The notes under the pieces are model-generated. The model was not told where the DNA came from, searched no databases, and was given only the letters and a program-made list of their open reading frames with translations. DNA of 64,000 nucleotides, from assembly GCA_028873515.1 (NCBI GenBank), contig JAGWIG010000003.1:64092-128091 (forward strand). The letters are read 5' to 3'. Made by a program: the position numbers and the translations under genes. Source of the DNA: Pseudomonadota bacterium (GTDB lineage: Bacteria; Pseudomonadota; Gammaproteobacteria; Burkholderiales; REEB80). Below are positions 1 to 9,485 of the stretch, one piece after another (the first letter of the stretch is position 1; each line of letters starts with the position of its first letter).

Positions 1-479
1 GGGATTTTCTGATAGGGGAAGAGTTTGCAAGGCATTGTGGAATAACTTTATTACCTGAACTACAGGTTCTTGAACTGTATGGCAAGTCAACGTTAATCAT
101 GCACGGTGATCTATTGTGTACGACAGATGTAGATTATCAAAATGCCCGTCGATTCCTGAGATCCCCTGTCTGGCAGCAAGCTTTTTTACGTAAATCGCTA
201 GATGAACGACTTGTCGAGGCTGGGGCACTGCGACAGAAAAGTGAAGCTGCAAAAAAAATGAAGGCCATGGAAATCATGGATGTTCACCCTCCTGAAGTGG
301 AACGTGTTTTGTGTGAACAAGATGTGACTCGTCTTATACATGGACATACACACAGAATGAATCACCATAGATTTGATCTGGGAGGAAACGTGGCGGATCG
401 CTGGGTGTTGCCAGACTGGGATGTAAACGGTGGCTTTCTTCATGTCAGTGCAAAAGGATCGAAATTTGTGAGCGTATAG
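1..479 (+). CDS. lpxH: UDP-2,3-diacylglucosamine diphosphatase LpxH, 3' part (5' end outside window; frame enters at base 3)
   Basis: The frame is open from the window edge. The translation ...GKSTLIMHGDLLCTTDVDYQ...RLIHGHTHRMNHH... is colinear with the C-terminal half of E. coli LpxH, including the metallophosphoesterase GD and GHTH motifs. Confidence 0.85.
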   Translation, partial: DFLIGEEFARHCGITLLPELQVLELYGKSTLIMHGDLLCTTDVDYQNARRFLRSPVWQQAFLRKSLDERLVEAGALRQKSEAAKKMKAMEIMDVHPPEVERVLCEQDVTRLIHGHTHRMNHHRFDLGGNVADRWVLPDWDVNGGFLHVSAKGSKFVSV

Positions 480-554
480 CACGCTCCGGTTTGAACCCGT
501 CCAACCAGGAACTCTGGAATCAGTCTCCAGACGGTTTACATAGAGTATATACCC

Positions 555-1670
555 ATGATTTTAATACTTGATGCCAAAACTGATAAACAAGGAGCAGATT
601 ATAGGCGCCTGCTGGATTACCTGGCCAATCTTCCTGGAATTCGCTATAGAATTCATCAGGAGCAAGGTGCGCTTCAGGTCTTGACCGAGGTTTACCTTGT
701 TGGTGATACGGCTTCACTCAGCCTGGAGAACATGCGGGAACTGCCTTGTGTCGAAAGGGTGGTCAGGGTCTCAGAAGAGTACCGTATCCTGGGGCGTCAC
801 CGGGATGATACGCGCCCTAATGGCTTTGTTTATAACGGAATTCAGTTTGATCAGGATAACCTTAACCTGTTTCCTGGTCTTTGTGCCGTGGATAATCCTT
901 CCCATGTTGAGTCCATGCTGCGCGCGCTGCATAAGCACAGGATTTCATGTACCAGAATGGGAGCCTATAAGCCCCGCACCAGTCCTTATGCCTTTCAGGG
1001 TCATGGTCGAGCCTGTTTAAATTATGTATTTGAATTATCTGGTAAATATGGAATAAAAGTAATTGCGATGGAAATAACCCATGATAAACATCTTGATGAA
1101 ATCCGTGAGGCTTTATTAGAAACAGGAAGTCCAACAGGTGTAATGTTACAGATTGGTACACGAAACACCCAAAACTTTGAATTATTAAAGATTGTAGGCC
1201 GTCAAACAGATTTTCCCGTCCTTATCAAGAGAGGTTTTGGAATCACATTGGATGAATCCTTGAATGCTGCGGAATATCTTGCTTCAGAAGGGAACAGCCA
1301 CGTGATATTTGGTTTGCGTGGAATGAAATCAAATAGCGGAGATCCTCACCGCAACATGGTTGATTTTGCTCATGTTCCGGTTGTAAAGCGTCTAACAAGA
1401 ATGCCAGTTTGCATTGATCCTTCCCATTCAGTAGGAACCCGGGCAGCTTCTCCAGATGGACTGCTTGATATCCTGCATGCGACATGTCAGGGCGTGATTG
1501 CCGGAGCAAACATGGTCCTTGTGGATTTCCATCCTGATCCGGCGAAAGCGCTGGTTGATGGACCCCAGGCATTGCTTCTGGAAGAATTACCCCGATTTCT
1601 GGAAGAGGTGGCCATCGCACGGCAGGCTTACCAGCAAAGATTGGAAATTGCTCGCCGTTATACGTCCTGA
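555..1670 (+). CDS. 3-deoxy-7-phosphoheptulonate (DAHP) synthase, type I-beta, with N-terminal ACT/ferredoxin-like regulatory domain
   Basis: 371 aa. The catalytic part carries GAYKPRTSPYAFQG, IGTRNTQNF, LIKRGF and IDPSHS. The N-terminal ~90 aa (MILILD...VERVVRV) is colinear with the regulatory domain of Thermotoga-type DAH7PS. Confidence 0.85.
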   Translation: MILILDAKTDKQGADYRRLLDYLANLPGIRYRIHQEQGALQVLTEVYLVGDTASLSLENMRELPCVERVVRVSEEYRILGRHRDDTRPNGFVYNGIQFDQDNLNLFPGLCAVDNPSHVESMLRALHKHRISCTRMGAYKPRTSPYAFQGHGRACLNYVFELSGKYGIKVIAMEITHDKHLDEIREALLETGSPTGVMLQIGTRNTQNFELLKIVGRQTDFPVLIKRGFGITLDESLNAAEYLASEGNSHVIFGLRGMKSNSGDPHRNMVDFAHVPVVKRLTRMPVCIDPSHSVGTRAASPDGLLDILHATCQGVIAGANMVLVDFHPDPAKALVDGPQALLLEELPRFLEEVAIARQAYQQRLEIARRYTS

Positions 1671-1766
1671 GCCATTTATTCTAGGGGGTTCCATGTTATA
1701 ATTTATCGGTTTCCGGTTTTTTGTTTTGATTCTATCACTGGTGTCGTCAACAGGATAAGCACTGTA

Positions 1767-2852
1767 ATGGATGCAACGCGTATTGACAATGTGAATGTTA
1801 TTTCCCAGGAAGTCCTGCCACCACCCGTGGTGGTCAAGGAGAGATTACCATTAACTGATAAGGCAGCTCAGACGGTGCTGGCTGGTCGTCAAATACTCCA
1901 GAAGATTCTTGACCGTCAAGATCATCGTGTTTTTCTGGTTGTTGGTCCCTGTTCCATTCATAATCCTGATGAAGCACTTGATTATGCAGAGCGCATAAAG
2001 GCTTTTTCCAGTGAAGTCAGTGATACCCTTTACCTGGTTATGCGGGTTTATTTCGAAAAACCTCGTACAACAACTGGTTGGAAAGGGTTAATTAACGATC
2101 CTGATATGGATGATACATTTCATATTGAAAAAGGGGTTTACAAGGCCAGAAAGTTATTGCTTGATCTTGCCGAAATGGGGATTCCAACTGCAACTGAGGC
2201 TCTTGATCCGATAATGCCGCAATATCTGCACGATTTGATTTCATGGACTGCGATAGGTGCACGTACTACTGAGTCACAGACACACCGTGAAATGGCAAGC
2301 GGGTTGTCTACCCCGGTTGGATTCAAGAATGGTACTGATGGAAGCCTGAAAACTGCCATTAATGCCTTGATGTCTGTTTCTCGCCCCCATAGTTTTCTAG
2401 GTATAAACCAGAAAGGGCAGTGTGCCATAATCCGGACGAGAGGTAATCCTTACGCGCATATGGTATTACGTGGTGGGGATAAACCGAATTATGATTCGAT
2501 TACTATTTCTCATTGCGAAAAAGAACTTGCCAAGTCAAATCTTGCAGCCAATATTGTTGTGGATTGTTCTCATGCCAATTCCAATAAAGATCCTGCCCAG
2601 CAACCCTTGGTGCTGGAAGACTGCAGCCGGCAAATTAGCAATGGGAACCGTTCAATTATCGGATTCATGGTTGAAAGTAATCTCAACTGGGGAAGCCAGC
2701 CGATTCCGGCTGATCTAAAGGATCTTAAACCCGGCGTGTCTGTAACCGATGCATGCATAGATTGGGCGATGACTCAAACCATGTTGAGATCCGCACGAAA
2801 TGAGCTCAAGGATGTGTTGCCAAGCCGGATTTCATCTGGCAAGGTGGCCTAG
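1767..2852 (+). CDS. aroG: DAHP synthase, type I-alpha (AroG/F/H family; isozyme specificity not determinable)
   Basis: 361 aa, colinear with E. coli AroG. Motifs: GPCSIH, MRVYFEKPRTTTGWKGLINDP, GARTTESQTHREMASGLSTPVGFKNGTDG. Confidence 0.9.
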   Translation: MDATRIDNVNVISQEVLPPPVVVKERLPLTDKAAQTVLAGRQILQKILDRQDHRVFLVVGPCSIHNPDEALDYAERIKAFSSEVSDTLYLVMRVYFEKPRTTTGWKGLINDPDMDDTFHIEKGVYKARKLLLDLAEMGIPTATEALDPIMPQYLHDLISWTAIGARTTESQTHREMASGLSTPVGFKNGTDGSLKTAINALMSVSRPHSFLGINQKGQCAIIRTRGNPYAHMVLRGGDKPNYDSITISHCEKELAKSNLAANIVVDCSHANSNKDPAQQPLVLEDCSRQISNGNRSIIGFMVESNLNWGSQPIPADLKDLKPGVSVTDACIDWAMTQTMLRSARNELKDVLPSRISSGKVA

Positions 2853-2858
2853 CTGCCC

Positions 2859-4253
2859 ATGATGGTCAAAACACGTTTTGCTCCAAGCCCAACAGGCCTC
2901 ATTCACTTTGGCAACGTCCGAACAGCACTGTTTAACTGGCTGTTTGCAAAACACGAACAGGGTAATTTTCTTCTCCGTATTGAAGATACGGATGCCGAGC
3001 GTAGCAGTGATGAATATATTCATGCGTTGATGCGTGATCTGGAATGGCTTGGACTTGAGTGGGATGAAGGTGAGAAACATCCCAAGGCTCTTGGTCCGTA
3101 CCGCCAGTCACACCGGACATCATTATATGAAACCCATCTCCACAGGCTCGAAGATACAGGGCAGGTCTATCCCTGTTTTTGTTCGGTGGCAGAGCTTGAG
3201 ATTTCTAGAAAATTACAGGCCCAGGCAAGCAAGCCTCCCCGATATTCAGGGAAATGTGCAAATCTGAGCGTTGCGGAAATAGAGAGGAAAAAGGCAGAAG
3301 GCCGTGATTATACCCTCCGATTCCGTATGCCAAGAGGATCACTCCTGACATTCAATGACCTCGTTCGTGGCCTACAGTCCTATCCATCTGATGATATTGG
3401 AGACTTCATTATCCGCAGATCTGATGGAACCTTTGCATTTTTTTTCGTCAATGCCATTGATGATGCGTTGATGGAGGTTACCCATGTACTTCGGGGTGAA
3501 GATCATCTGACAAACACGCCTCGCCAGATTGCCTTGCTCCAAGCCATGGGGATGCCCATTCCTGAATATGGGCATATATCATTGATTGTTGACTCCAAGG
3601 GTTCCCCACTTTCAAAGCGCAGTGGAAGCATGTCTATGGAAGCATTGCGAAATAAGGGATATTTTCCCCTGGCCATTAATAACTATCTTGCCCGTCTTGG
3701 GCATCATTATGTTTCGGACGGTTTTTTAGATATGCAGGGTCTGGCTGAAGGATTCATGCTGGCTAATCTGGGACGTGCGCCCGCCCGATATGAGCGTTCC
3801 CAGCTGGATCACTGGCAGGCATTGGCTCTTCACGAGACTTCAGATGGCAAGGTCTGGGAGTGGCTAAGAGAAAGTGTAAAGGACTGGGTGGGTGAAAAGG
3901 ATGGTGCGGAATTTGTTTCAGTCATACGTCATAATATTCTCTTTCCGGAAGATGCCCGAGTCTGGGCCCGCGTTCTTTTTGCTGACACATTGGATATAAC
4001 AGATGATGCAGTTAAGGTTTTGAATGAGACAGATCGTGATTTTTTTGGGATTGCAGTCTCACTCCTTGAACACAACATGGACTTCTTGTCCTATACGCAA
4101 CGAATAAAAAACGAAACAGGGCGTTCTGGGAAAGGACTGTTCATGCCATTGCGTGCTGCGTTGACCGGAAATATACATGGCCCCGAAATGCCTGGGGTTT
4201 TCAGACTCCTTGGATTTGACCGTGTGAGGGGTCGGTTGACCCGTCTTGCCTGA
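2859..4253 (+). CDS. gltX: glutamate--tRNA ligase
   Basis: Class I signature [14 protein letters not shown] (HIGH-like) and a KMSKS-like PLSKRSG. 464 aa. Confidence 0.95.
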   Translation: MMVKTRFAPSPTGLIHFGNVRTALFNWLFAKHEQGNFLLRIEDTDAERSSDEYIHALMRDLEWLGLEWDEGEKHPKALGPYRQSHRTSLYETHLHRLEDTGQVYPCFCSVAELEISRKLQAQASKPPRYSGKCANLSVAEIERKKAEGRDYTLRFRMPRGSLLTFNDLVRGLQSYPSDDIGDFIIRRSDGTFAFFFVNAIDDALMEVTHVLRGEDHLTNTPRQIALLQAMGMPIPEYGHISLIVDSKGSPLSKRSGSMSMEALRNKGYFPLAINNYLARLGHHYVSDGFLDMQGLAEGFMLANLGRAPARYERSQLDHWQALALHETSDGKVWEWLRESVKDWVGEKDGAEFVSVIRHNILFPEDARVWARVLFADTLDITDDAVKVLNETDRDFFGIAVSLLEHNMDFLSYTQRIKNETGRSGKGLFMPLRAALTGNIHGPEMPGVFRLLGFDRVRGRLTRLA

Positions 4254-4260
4254 GGTAGGC

Positions 4261-5628
4261 ATGCTGACTATCTATAATTCTTTAGCCCGTGAAAAGCAGG
4301 TATTTGTTCCGATACGGCCGGGAAAAGTCGGAATGTATGTCTGTGGAATGACGGTCTATGATTATTGCCACATTGGCCATGCACGGGTCATGGTAGTGTT
4401 TGATATGGTTGTTCGTTGGTTAAGGGCGAGCGGGTACGATGTAGTTTATGTTCGTAACATTACGGATATTGATGACAAAATCATTCATCGTGCGATGGAA
4501 AATCAGGAATCAATCAAGGCACTGACTGATCGTTTTATTGATGCCATGAATGAAGATGCAGCTGATCTCAATGTATTGCCTCCTACTTTTGCACCTAAGG
4601 CTACGGATCACGTACAGGGAATGATCCGGATGATTGAAATGCTGATTAAGCGAGGTCTGGCTTATCACGCTGAAAATGGCGATGTTTATTATGATGTCAG
4701 TCGATTCGCAAGCTATGGACGTCTATCGGGTAAATCTCTAGGCGATCTGCGTGCTGGTGAACGGGTTGAAATTGACACATTCAAGCATGACCCGTTTGAT
4801 TTTGTTTTGTGGAAATCAGCAAAACCTGGTGAGCCGAGTTGGCCCTCTCCATGGGGTCTGGGACGCCCAGGCTGGCATATAGAATGCTCAGCCATGAGTG
4901 AGCAGCATCTTGGAGTCCAGTTTGATATTCATGGGGGAGGTCAGGATCTTCAGTTTCCCCATCATGAAAACGAGATTGCCCAGTCAGAAGGGGCACATGG
5001 CCATCCTTATGTAAATTACTGGATGCACAACGGGTTTGTTCGTGTTGACGGTGAGAAAATGGCTAAATCACTGGGTAATTTCTTTACCATCCGGGAAGTT
5101 CTGGCCCATTATGATCCTGAAGTCATAAGATTCTTCATTCTTCAGGCACATTATCGCAGCCCCCTGAATTATTCAGCAGAAAATCTTGATCATGCCCGGC
5201 ATGCATTGACCCGGCTTTATACGGTTATACGGGATGTATCTGCATCGCCTGAAGTTGACTGGAATAATTCTTATGCAGAACGTTTCCGTCTTGCCATGGA
5301 TGATGATTTCAATACTCCTGAGGCTTTTGCAGTTTTGTTTGAGATGGCGCATGAAGCCAATCGAAGTAACAGTCTTGAAATTGCGGGTCAACTTAAAGCT
5401 TTGTCGGGGTTGCTGGGATTGCTTGAACGGCCTGCCCATGAATTTTTGCAGGCCTCTGCTGTACCGGGCAGAATTGAAGTATCAGAGATTGAGGGATTGA
5501 TAGTTGAACGATCAGTTGCCCGTACGTCACGTGATTTTTCCCGCTCAGATGCTATCAGGGATCTGCTTTTACAAAAAGGGGTGTTGCTGGAAGATTCTCC
5601 TGAAGGTACAACATGGCGATGGTTGTGA
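4261..5628 (+). CDS. cysS: cysteine--tRNA ligase
   Basis: [18 protein letters not shown] (HIGH) and KMAKSLGNF (KMSKS). ATG 4261 follows GAGGTAGG. The ORF-track start at 4246 is an upstream TTG overlapping the gltX stop. Confidence 0.95.
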   Translation: MLTIYNSLAREKQVFVPIRPGKVGMYVCGMTVYDYCHIGHARVMVVFDMVVRWLRASGYDVVYVRNITDIDDKIIHRAMENQESIKALTDRFIDAMNEDAADLNVLPPTFAPKATDHVQGMIRMIEMLIKRGLAYHAENGDVYYDVSRFASYGRLSGKSLGDLRAGERVEIDTFKHDPFDFVLWKSAKPGEPSWPSPWGLGRPGWHIECSAMSEQHLGVQFDIHGGGQDLQFPHHENEIAQSEGAHGHPYVNYWMHNGFVRVDGEKMAKSLGNFFTIREVLAHYDPEVIRFFILQAHYRSPLNYSAENLDHARHALTRLYTVIRDVSASPEVDWNNSYAERFRLAMDDDFNTPEAFAVLFEMAHEANRSNSLEIAGQLKALSGLLGLLERPAHEFLQASAVPGRIEVSEIEGLIVERSVARTSRDFSRSDAIRDLLLQKGVLLEDSPEGTTWRWL

Positions 5629-5761
5629 ATGCTATGAGGGCTTTTTCGCCCGGGTAATCTTTTTTATGGAGGATGATCTATCCTGTTTTCCTGTTTTCAG
5701 CTTTTATTGCAATGAGAATTGTGAAAAAATCCCTATAAGAGCTTAAAATCTGGTGACATAT

Positions 5762-6256
5762 ATGATAGATGACGATGGTTATAGACCTAATGTTGGAATT
5801 ATTCTTTGCAATACCCGTAACGAGGTGTTCTGGGGTAAGCGCATCCGTGAACATTCCTGGCAGTTTCCACAAGGCGGGATCAAGCACGGTGAGAATCCTG
5901 AGCAGGCCATGTTTCGTGAATTACGCGAGGAAACTGGTTTGGAGCCACGCCATGTAAAAATTCTTGGCCGTACGGGTCAATGGCTTCACTATAATGTACC
6001 CCCTGCATGGGTCAAGCGGGAATGGCGAGGAAGTTATAAAGGTCAAAAGCAAATCTGGTTTCTGCTTCGGTTGATTGGTCGCGATTGTGATGTATCCCTA
6101 CGGGCTTCTGATCACCCGGAGTTTGATGCCTGGCGTTGGCATGATTACTGGATTCCAATTGAATCAGTAATTGAATTCAAGCGGGATGTTTATCGGCAGG
6201 CGTTAAAGGAGTTGGCAGTCTACCTAAACGATGCGCCTCTTCCCACCAATGCCTGA
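5762..6256 (+). CDS. rppH: RNA pyrophosphohydrolase (Nudix)
   Basis: The N-terminus [15 protein letters not shown] and the Nudix box [23 protein letters not shown] are colinear with E. coli RppH. The start was moved from GTG 5753 to ATG 5762. Confidence 0.9.
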   Translation: MIDDDGYRPNVGIILCNTRNEVFWGKRIREHSWQFPQGGIKHGENPEQAMFRELREETGLEPRHVKILGRTGQWLHYNVPPAWVKREWRGSYKGQKQIWFLLRLIGRDCDVSLRASDHPEFDAWRWHDYWIPIESVIEFKRDVYRQALKELAVYLNDAPLPTNA

Positions 6257-6299
6257 AGCTTGTTGAACTGGTTTATATTTTATCAATAGGAGGGCAAGT

Positions 6300-6890
6300 A
6301 TGAATGGATACCATTGTCTCCCGGTTTTCCCCCTTCCGCTTGACGCAAAACTTGCCCAGCAGCAAGCCGATGCCCAGCAAAGGATTACCCCCGAGAGCCC
6401 TGCAATCTCCATCATGACAGATTTGCGTCATGTTCAGGCAGCCATTATCAGTTCTGGTTCAACCTTGCAGGAAGCAAATTCACAGATGATGGCTCGTGGC
6501 GTAAAACTGCTTTTTGTCGAAACAAGCCAGGATGAACTTGCAGGAATTATCACCTATAAAGATTTAATGGGCGAGAAGCCTATTCTTTTCAGCCGTCAGA
6601 ACCGTGAGCAGAGGAGTCATATCCAGGTGCGGGATATCATGACTCCTCGCAATCAGCTTGAGGTGATGATGCTTTCCGATATTTTGCATGCTCGAGTAGG
6701 ACAGGTTGTCGATACTCTAACCAAAGCGGGTAGACAGCATGCCTTGGTACTGAATTCGGATGATAAAACCATCTGTGGCATTTTTTCTGCAACTGAAATT
6801 TCACGACGTGCAGGAATTGAAATTGAATCAAGCGGGATGGCCTTGACCTTTGCTGAAATGGAAGCGCAATTGGCACAGCTTGCCAATTGA
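6300..6890 (+). CDS. CBS-domain pair protein, function unknown
   Basis: 196 aa with two CBS-like repeats (ISIMTDL...GIITYKDLM and VRDIMTPRN...ICGIFSATEI). No other recognisable domain. Confidence 0.7.
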   Translation: MNGYHCLPVFPLPLDAKLAQQQADAQQRITPESPAISIMTDLRHVQAAIISSGSTLQEANSQMMARGVKLLFVETSQDELAGIITYKDLMGEKPILFSRQNREQRSHIQVRDIMTPRNQLEVMMLSDILHARVGQVVDTLTKAGRQHALVLNSDDKTICGIFSATEISRRAGIEIESSGMALTFAEMEAQLAQLAN

Positions 6891-6898
6891 GGATCGGG

Positions 6899-6927
6899 TT
6901 GACAGCCAGGCCTCCTCTACATATACT
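6899..6927 (+). promoter_or_regulatory. sigma-70-type promoter upstream of rubrerythrin (-35 TTGACA, 17-bp spacer, -10 TATACT)
   Basis: TTGACA at 6899-6904 and TATACT at 6922-6927 with exactly 17 bp between them. It lies ~100 bp upstream of ATG 7027. Confidence 0.5.
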
Positions 6928-6938
6928 TAGTTAACAAG

Positions 6939-6953
6939 TTAGACTGTGTCTAA
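6939..6953. promoter_or_regulatory. perfect 6-3-6 inverted repeat TTAGAC-TGT-GTCTAA (candidate operator)
   Basis: Read directly from the sequence. It sits just downstream of the predicted -10/TSS of the rubrerythrin promoter. Confidence 0.35.
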
Positions 6954-7026
6954 TTATTTATGTATGGATTCTATAAGTTTTTCTGTCCATGCAAATATTT
7001 CGTTCATTCAAGAAGGAGAGTGCAAG

Positions 7027-7449
7027 ATGTCGTCTCTTAAGGGTTCAAAAACGGAAGAGAATCTGAAATATGCATTTTCAGGCGAGTCGCAAGCGAATCG
7101 CCGTTATCTCTATTTTGCTGCAAAAGCTGATGTTGAAGGTTATAACGATGTAGCAGCGCTCTTCCGGTCTACAGCTGAAGGTGAAACAGGTCATGCTCAT
7201 GGGCATCTGGAATTTCTTGAAGCTGTTGGTGACCCTGCAACCGGGCTGCCTATCGGTGGCACTGAGCTTAACCTGAAAGCTGCTGTTGCAGGTGAAACAC
7301 ATGAATATACGGATATGTATCCAGGAATGGTCAAAACGGCCCGGGAAGAAGGCTTTGATGAGATAGCAGACTGGTTTGAAACGTTGGCAAAAGCTGAACG
7401 TTCGCATGCAAACCGATATCAAAAAGCATTGGATAGCCTCGGTCAGTAA
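7027..7449 (+). CDS. rubrerythrin-family di-iron protein without rubredoxin domain
   Basis: 140 aa. The di-iron four-helix-bundle ligand pattern is present ([36 protein letters not shown]) and there is no C-terminal CxxC...CxxC. ATG 7027 is preceded by AAGGAGAG. The upstream extension to 6946 is rejected. Confidence 0.85.
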   Translation: MSSLKGSKTEENLKYAFSGESQANRRYLYFAAKADVEGYNDVAALFRSTAEGETGHAHGHLEFLEAVGDPATGLPIGGTELNLKAAVAGETHEYTDMYPGMVKTAREEGFDEIADWFETLAKAERSHANRYQKALDSLGQ

Positions 7450-7465
7450 GTGTCAAAGAAATATA

Positions 7466-7489
7466 CGCGGGCATATGCCCGCGTTTTTT
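7466..7489 (+). terminator. rho-independent terminator / attenuator after rubrerythrin
   Basis: Palindromic stem CGCGGGCAT/ATGCCCGCG followed by TTTTTT. Confidence 0.7.
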
Positions 7490-7540
7490 ATCTACGGTTA
7501 ATTTCTTCATGAATCTTGCAGTTCTGGCTAGGAACATTTG

Positions 7541-8872
7541 ATGGCTACGCGCGAAGGAAATCTGGACGCTCCAACGCGTCACCCTATCGATTGGCATAAC
7601 CCTGATTTTTATAATGAAGATCTTTTGCTCAAGGAAATGGAGCGGGTTTTCGATATATGCCACGGCTGTCGCCGTTGTTTCAATTTATGTAACTCCTTTC
7701 CCACTTTATTCGATGCCGTCGATGAAGGAGAAACGGGTGAAGTGGAGAGTTTACCTCGCAAGGCATACTGGGAAGTTGCAGATCAATGTTATTTATGTGA
7801 CATGTGTTTTATGACAAAGTGCCCCTATGTTCCTCCCCATCCTTTTAATCTTGATTTTCCACATCTTATGCTGCGTGCAAAAGCAGTTAAGTTCAAGGAG
7901 GGAAAGGCAGGAGTGAGAGATCGTATCCTGTCCAGTACGGATACTGTTGGCAGGATAGCTTCAATCCCTGTTGTGGCTCAGGCAGTAAATGCAGCAAACC
8001 GTTCGAAACCTGTAAGGTCCATGATGTCTTCGCTGCTGGGTATTCATGCTGAACGTAAATTGCCTGAGTATACCAGCCAGACTTTTAGAAAAACGGCGCA
8101 ACCAGATAATTCCATTCCAGTTCGTGATGGTGCTTTGACACCCGGTAAGGTTGCCATATTCGCCACATGCTATATTAATTACAATGAGCCAGACATTGGG
8201 CATGATTTGGTAAAAATACTGGCACATAATGCAATTCCGGTAGTTCTTGTTGAGAAAGAAGCATGCTGCGGGATGCCAAAACTTGAGCTTGGAGATCTTG
8301 AAGCAGTTGATGCATTGAAGAATGTTAACATTCCCGTGCTGTCAGCTCTGGCTGAGGAAGGCTATGCCATCTTGTCTGCCGTTCCTTCATGTACCTTGAT
8401 GTTCAAGCAGGAACTTCCTTTGCTTTACCCGGGTGATGAAGCCGTAGAAAAAGTTAAGAAAGCCATGTTTGATCCTTTTGAATATATTATGCTGCGTTAT
8501 CGAGAAGGTTTGCTCAGAACTGATTTTACACAACAGCTTGGAAACGTTTCCTATCATGTAGCCTGTCACCTTCGGGTACAAAATATGGGCCACAAGACAC
8601 GTGAAACTCTTGAACTCGTCCCCGGAACCAGAGTTAATACGGTTGAGAGATGTTCAGGCCATGATGGAACCTGGGGGGTCAAGAAGGAGTATTTCGAAAA
8701 TTCCATGAAAATCGGTCGCCCGGTTTTCCGGCAGATGTCCGAGGGCCAACCTGATTTTATCAGCTCGGACTGTGCAATTGCAGGACGCCACATTGAACAG
8801 GGTATGGGTATTGATGCTCCAACCAAGGCACATCCCCTTACTTTGTTGCGTATGGCTTATGGGATAGATTGA
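7541..8872 (+). CDS. HdrD/GlpC-like (Fe-S)-binding oxidoreductase with CCG domains
   Basis: Two ferredoxin-type motifs (CHGCRRCFNLC and CYLCDMCFMTKCP). One canonical CCG domain (ATCYINY...EACCGMP) and a second degenerate one (VACHLRV...ERCSGHDG...SSDCAIAG). Confidence 0.8.
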   Translation: MATREGNLDAPTRHPIDWHNPDFYNEDLLLKEMERVFDICHGCRRCFNLCNSFPTLFDAVDEGETGEVESLPRKAYWEVADQCYLCDMCFMTKCPYVPPHPFNLDFPHLMLRAKAVKFKEGKAGVRDRILSSTDTVGRIASIPVVAQAVNAANRSKPVRSMMSSLLGIHAERKLPEYTSQTFRKTAQPDNSIPVRDGALTPGKVAIFATCYINYNEPDIGHDLVKILAHNAIPVVLVEKEACCGMPKLELGDLEAVDALKNVNIPVLSALAEEGYAILSAVPSCTLMFKQELPLLYPGDEAVEKVKKAMFDPFEYIMLRYREGLLRTDFTQQLGNVSYHVACHLRVQNMGHKTRETLELVPGTRVNTVERCSGHDGTWGVKKEYFENSMKIGRPVFRQMSEGQPDFISSDCAIAGRHIEQGMGIDAPTKAHPLTLLRMAYGID

Positions 8873-8897
8873 AATGCATTATTCATGAGGGATTGAT

Positions 8898-9485
8898 ATG
8901 AGGTCACGAATTGAAAGAGCAGATCTGCTGACATTGGAGGCCTATTCGAAGGTGCGTCGCCAGATGCGTGAAGAGGTTATTGCCCACAAAAAACAGCGAA
9001 CCCTGTATTTTAATCCTTATATCATGCTGGTTTTTGAGGATGAAAAAACCATTAGATACCAAATCCAAGAGATTTTGAGAGCAGAGAAGATCTTTGAAGA
9101 AGAAGAGATTGAAGCCGAACTCGAAGCCTACAATCCCTTGTTACCAGATGGCAATAATTTCAAGGCCACCATGCTGATTCAGTATGCGGATATGGATGAG
9201 CGTCGCCGAATGCTTGCTTTGCTGCGTGGAGTAGAAGATACATTATGGTGCCAGGTTGATAATCTGGACAAATCCTATGTTATAGCTGATGAAGATCTTG
9301 AGCGGTCGAATGACGAAAAAACCTCTGCTGTGCATTTTCTCAGGTTTGAACTCTCGCCCGAGATGAAAACCGGCCTCAGAAAGGGTGCCGCCCTGTTTTT
9401 TGGATGTGATCATGAAATGGTTAAGATTGGCCCTTTGCCTGCTCCTGATTATTTGCGTGAGAGCCTTGCTGGAGATCTTGGTTAG
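8898..9485 (+). CDS. DUF3501-family protein (unknown function)
   Basis: 195 aa. The pattern LLTLEAY...[15 protein letters not shown]...[20 protein letters not shown]...[11 protein letters not shown] matches my memory of DUF3501 proteins encoded next to this Fe-S protein. ATG follows GAGGGA. Confidence 0.65.
   Translation: MRSRIERADLLTLEAYSKVRRQMREEVIAHKKQRTLYFNPYIMLVFEDEKTIRYQIQEILRAEKIFEEEEIEAELEAYNPLLPDGNNFKATMLIQYADMDERRRMLALLRGVEDTLWCQVDNLDKSYVIADEDLERSNDEKTSAVHFLRFELSPEMKTGLRKGAALFFGCDHEMVKIGPLPAPDYLRESLAGDLG

Noticed and set aside
6946-7026. An upstream extension of the rubrerythrin ORF (track start 6946, 27 extra residues).
   Set aside because: The extension has no SD and would start only ~19 nt downstream of the predicted -10 hexamer (6922-6927), at or near the likely TSS. 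ATG 7027 has AAGGAGAG at ideal spacing and gives the canonical rubrerythrin N-terminus ([13 protein letters not shown]).
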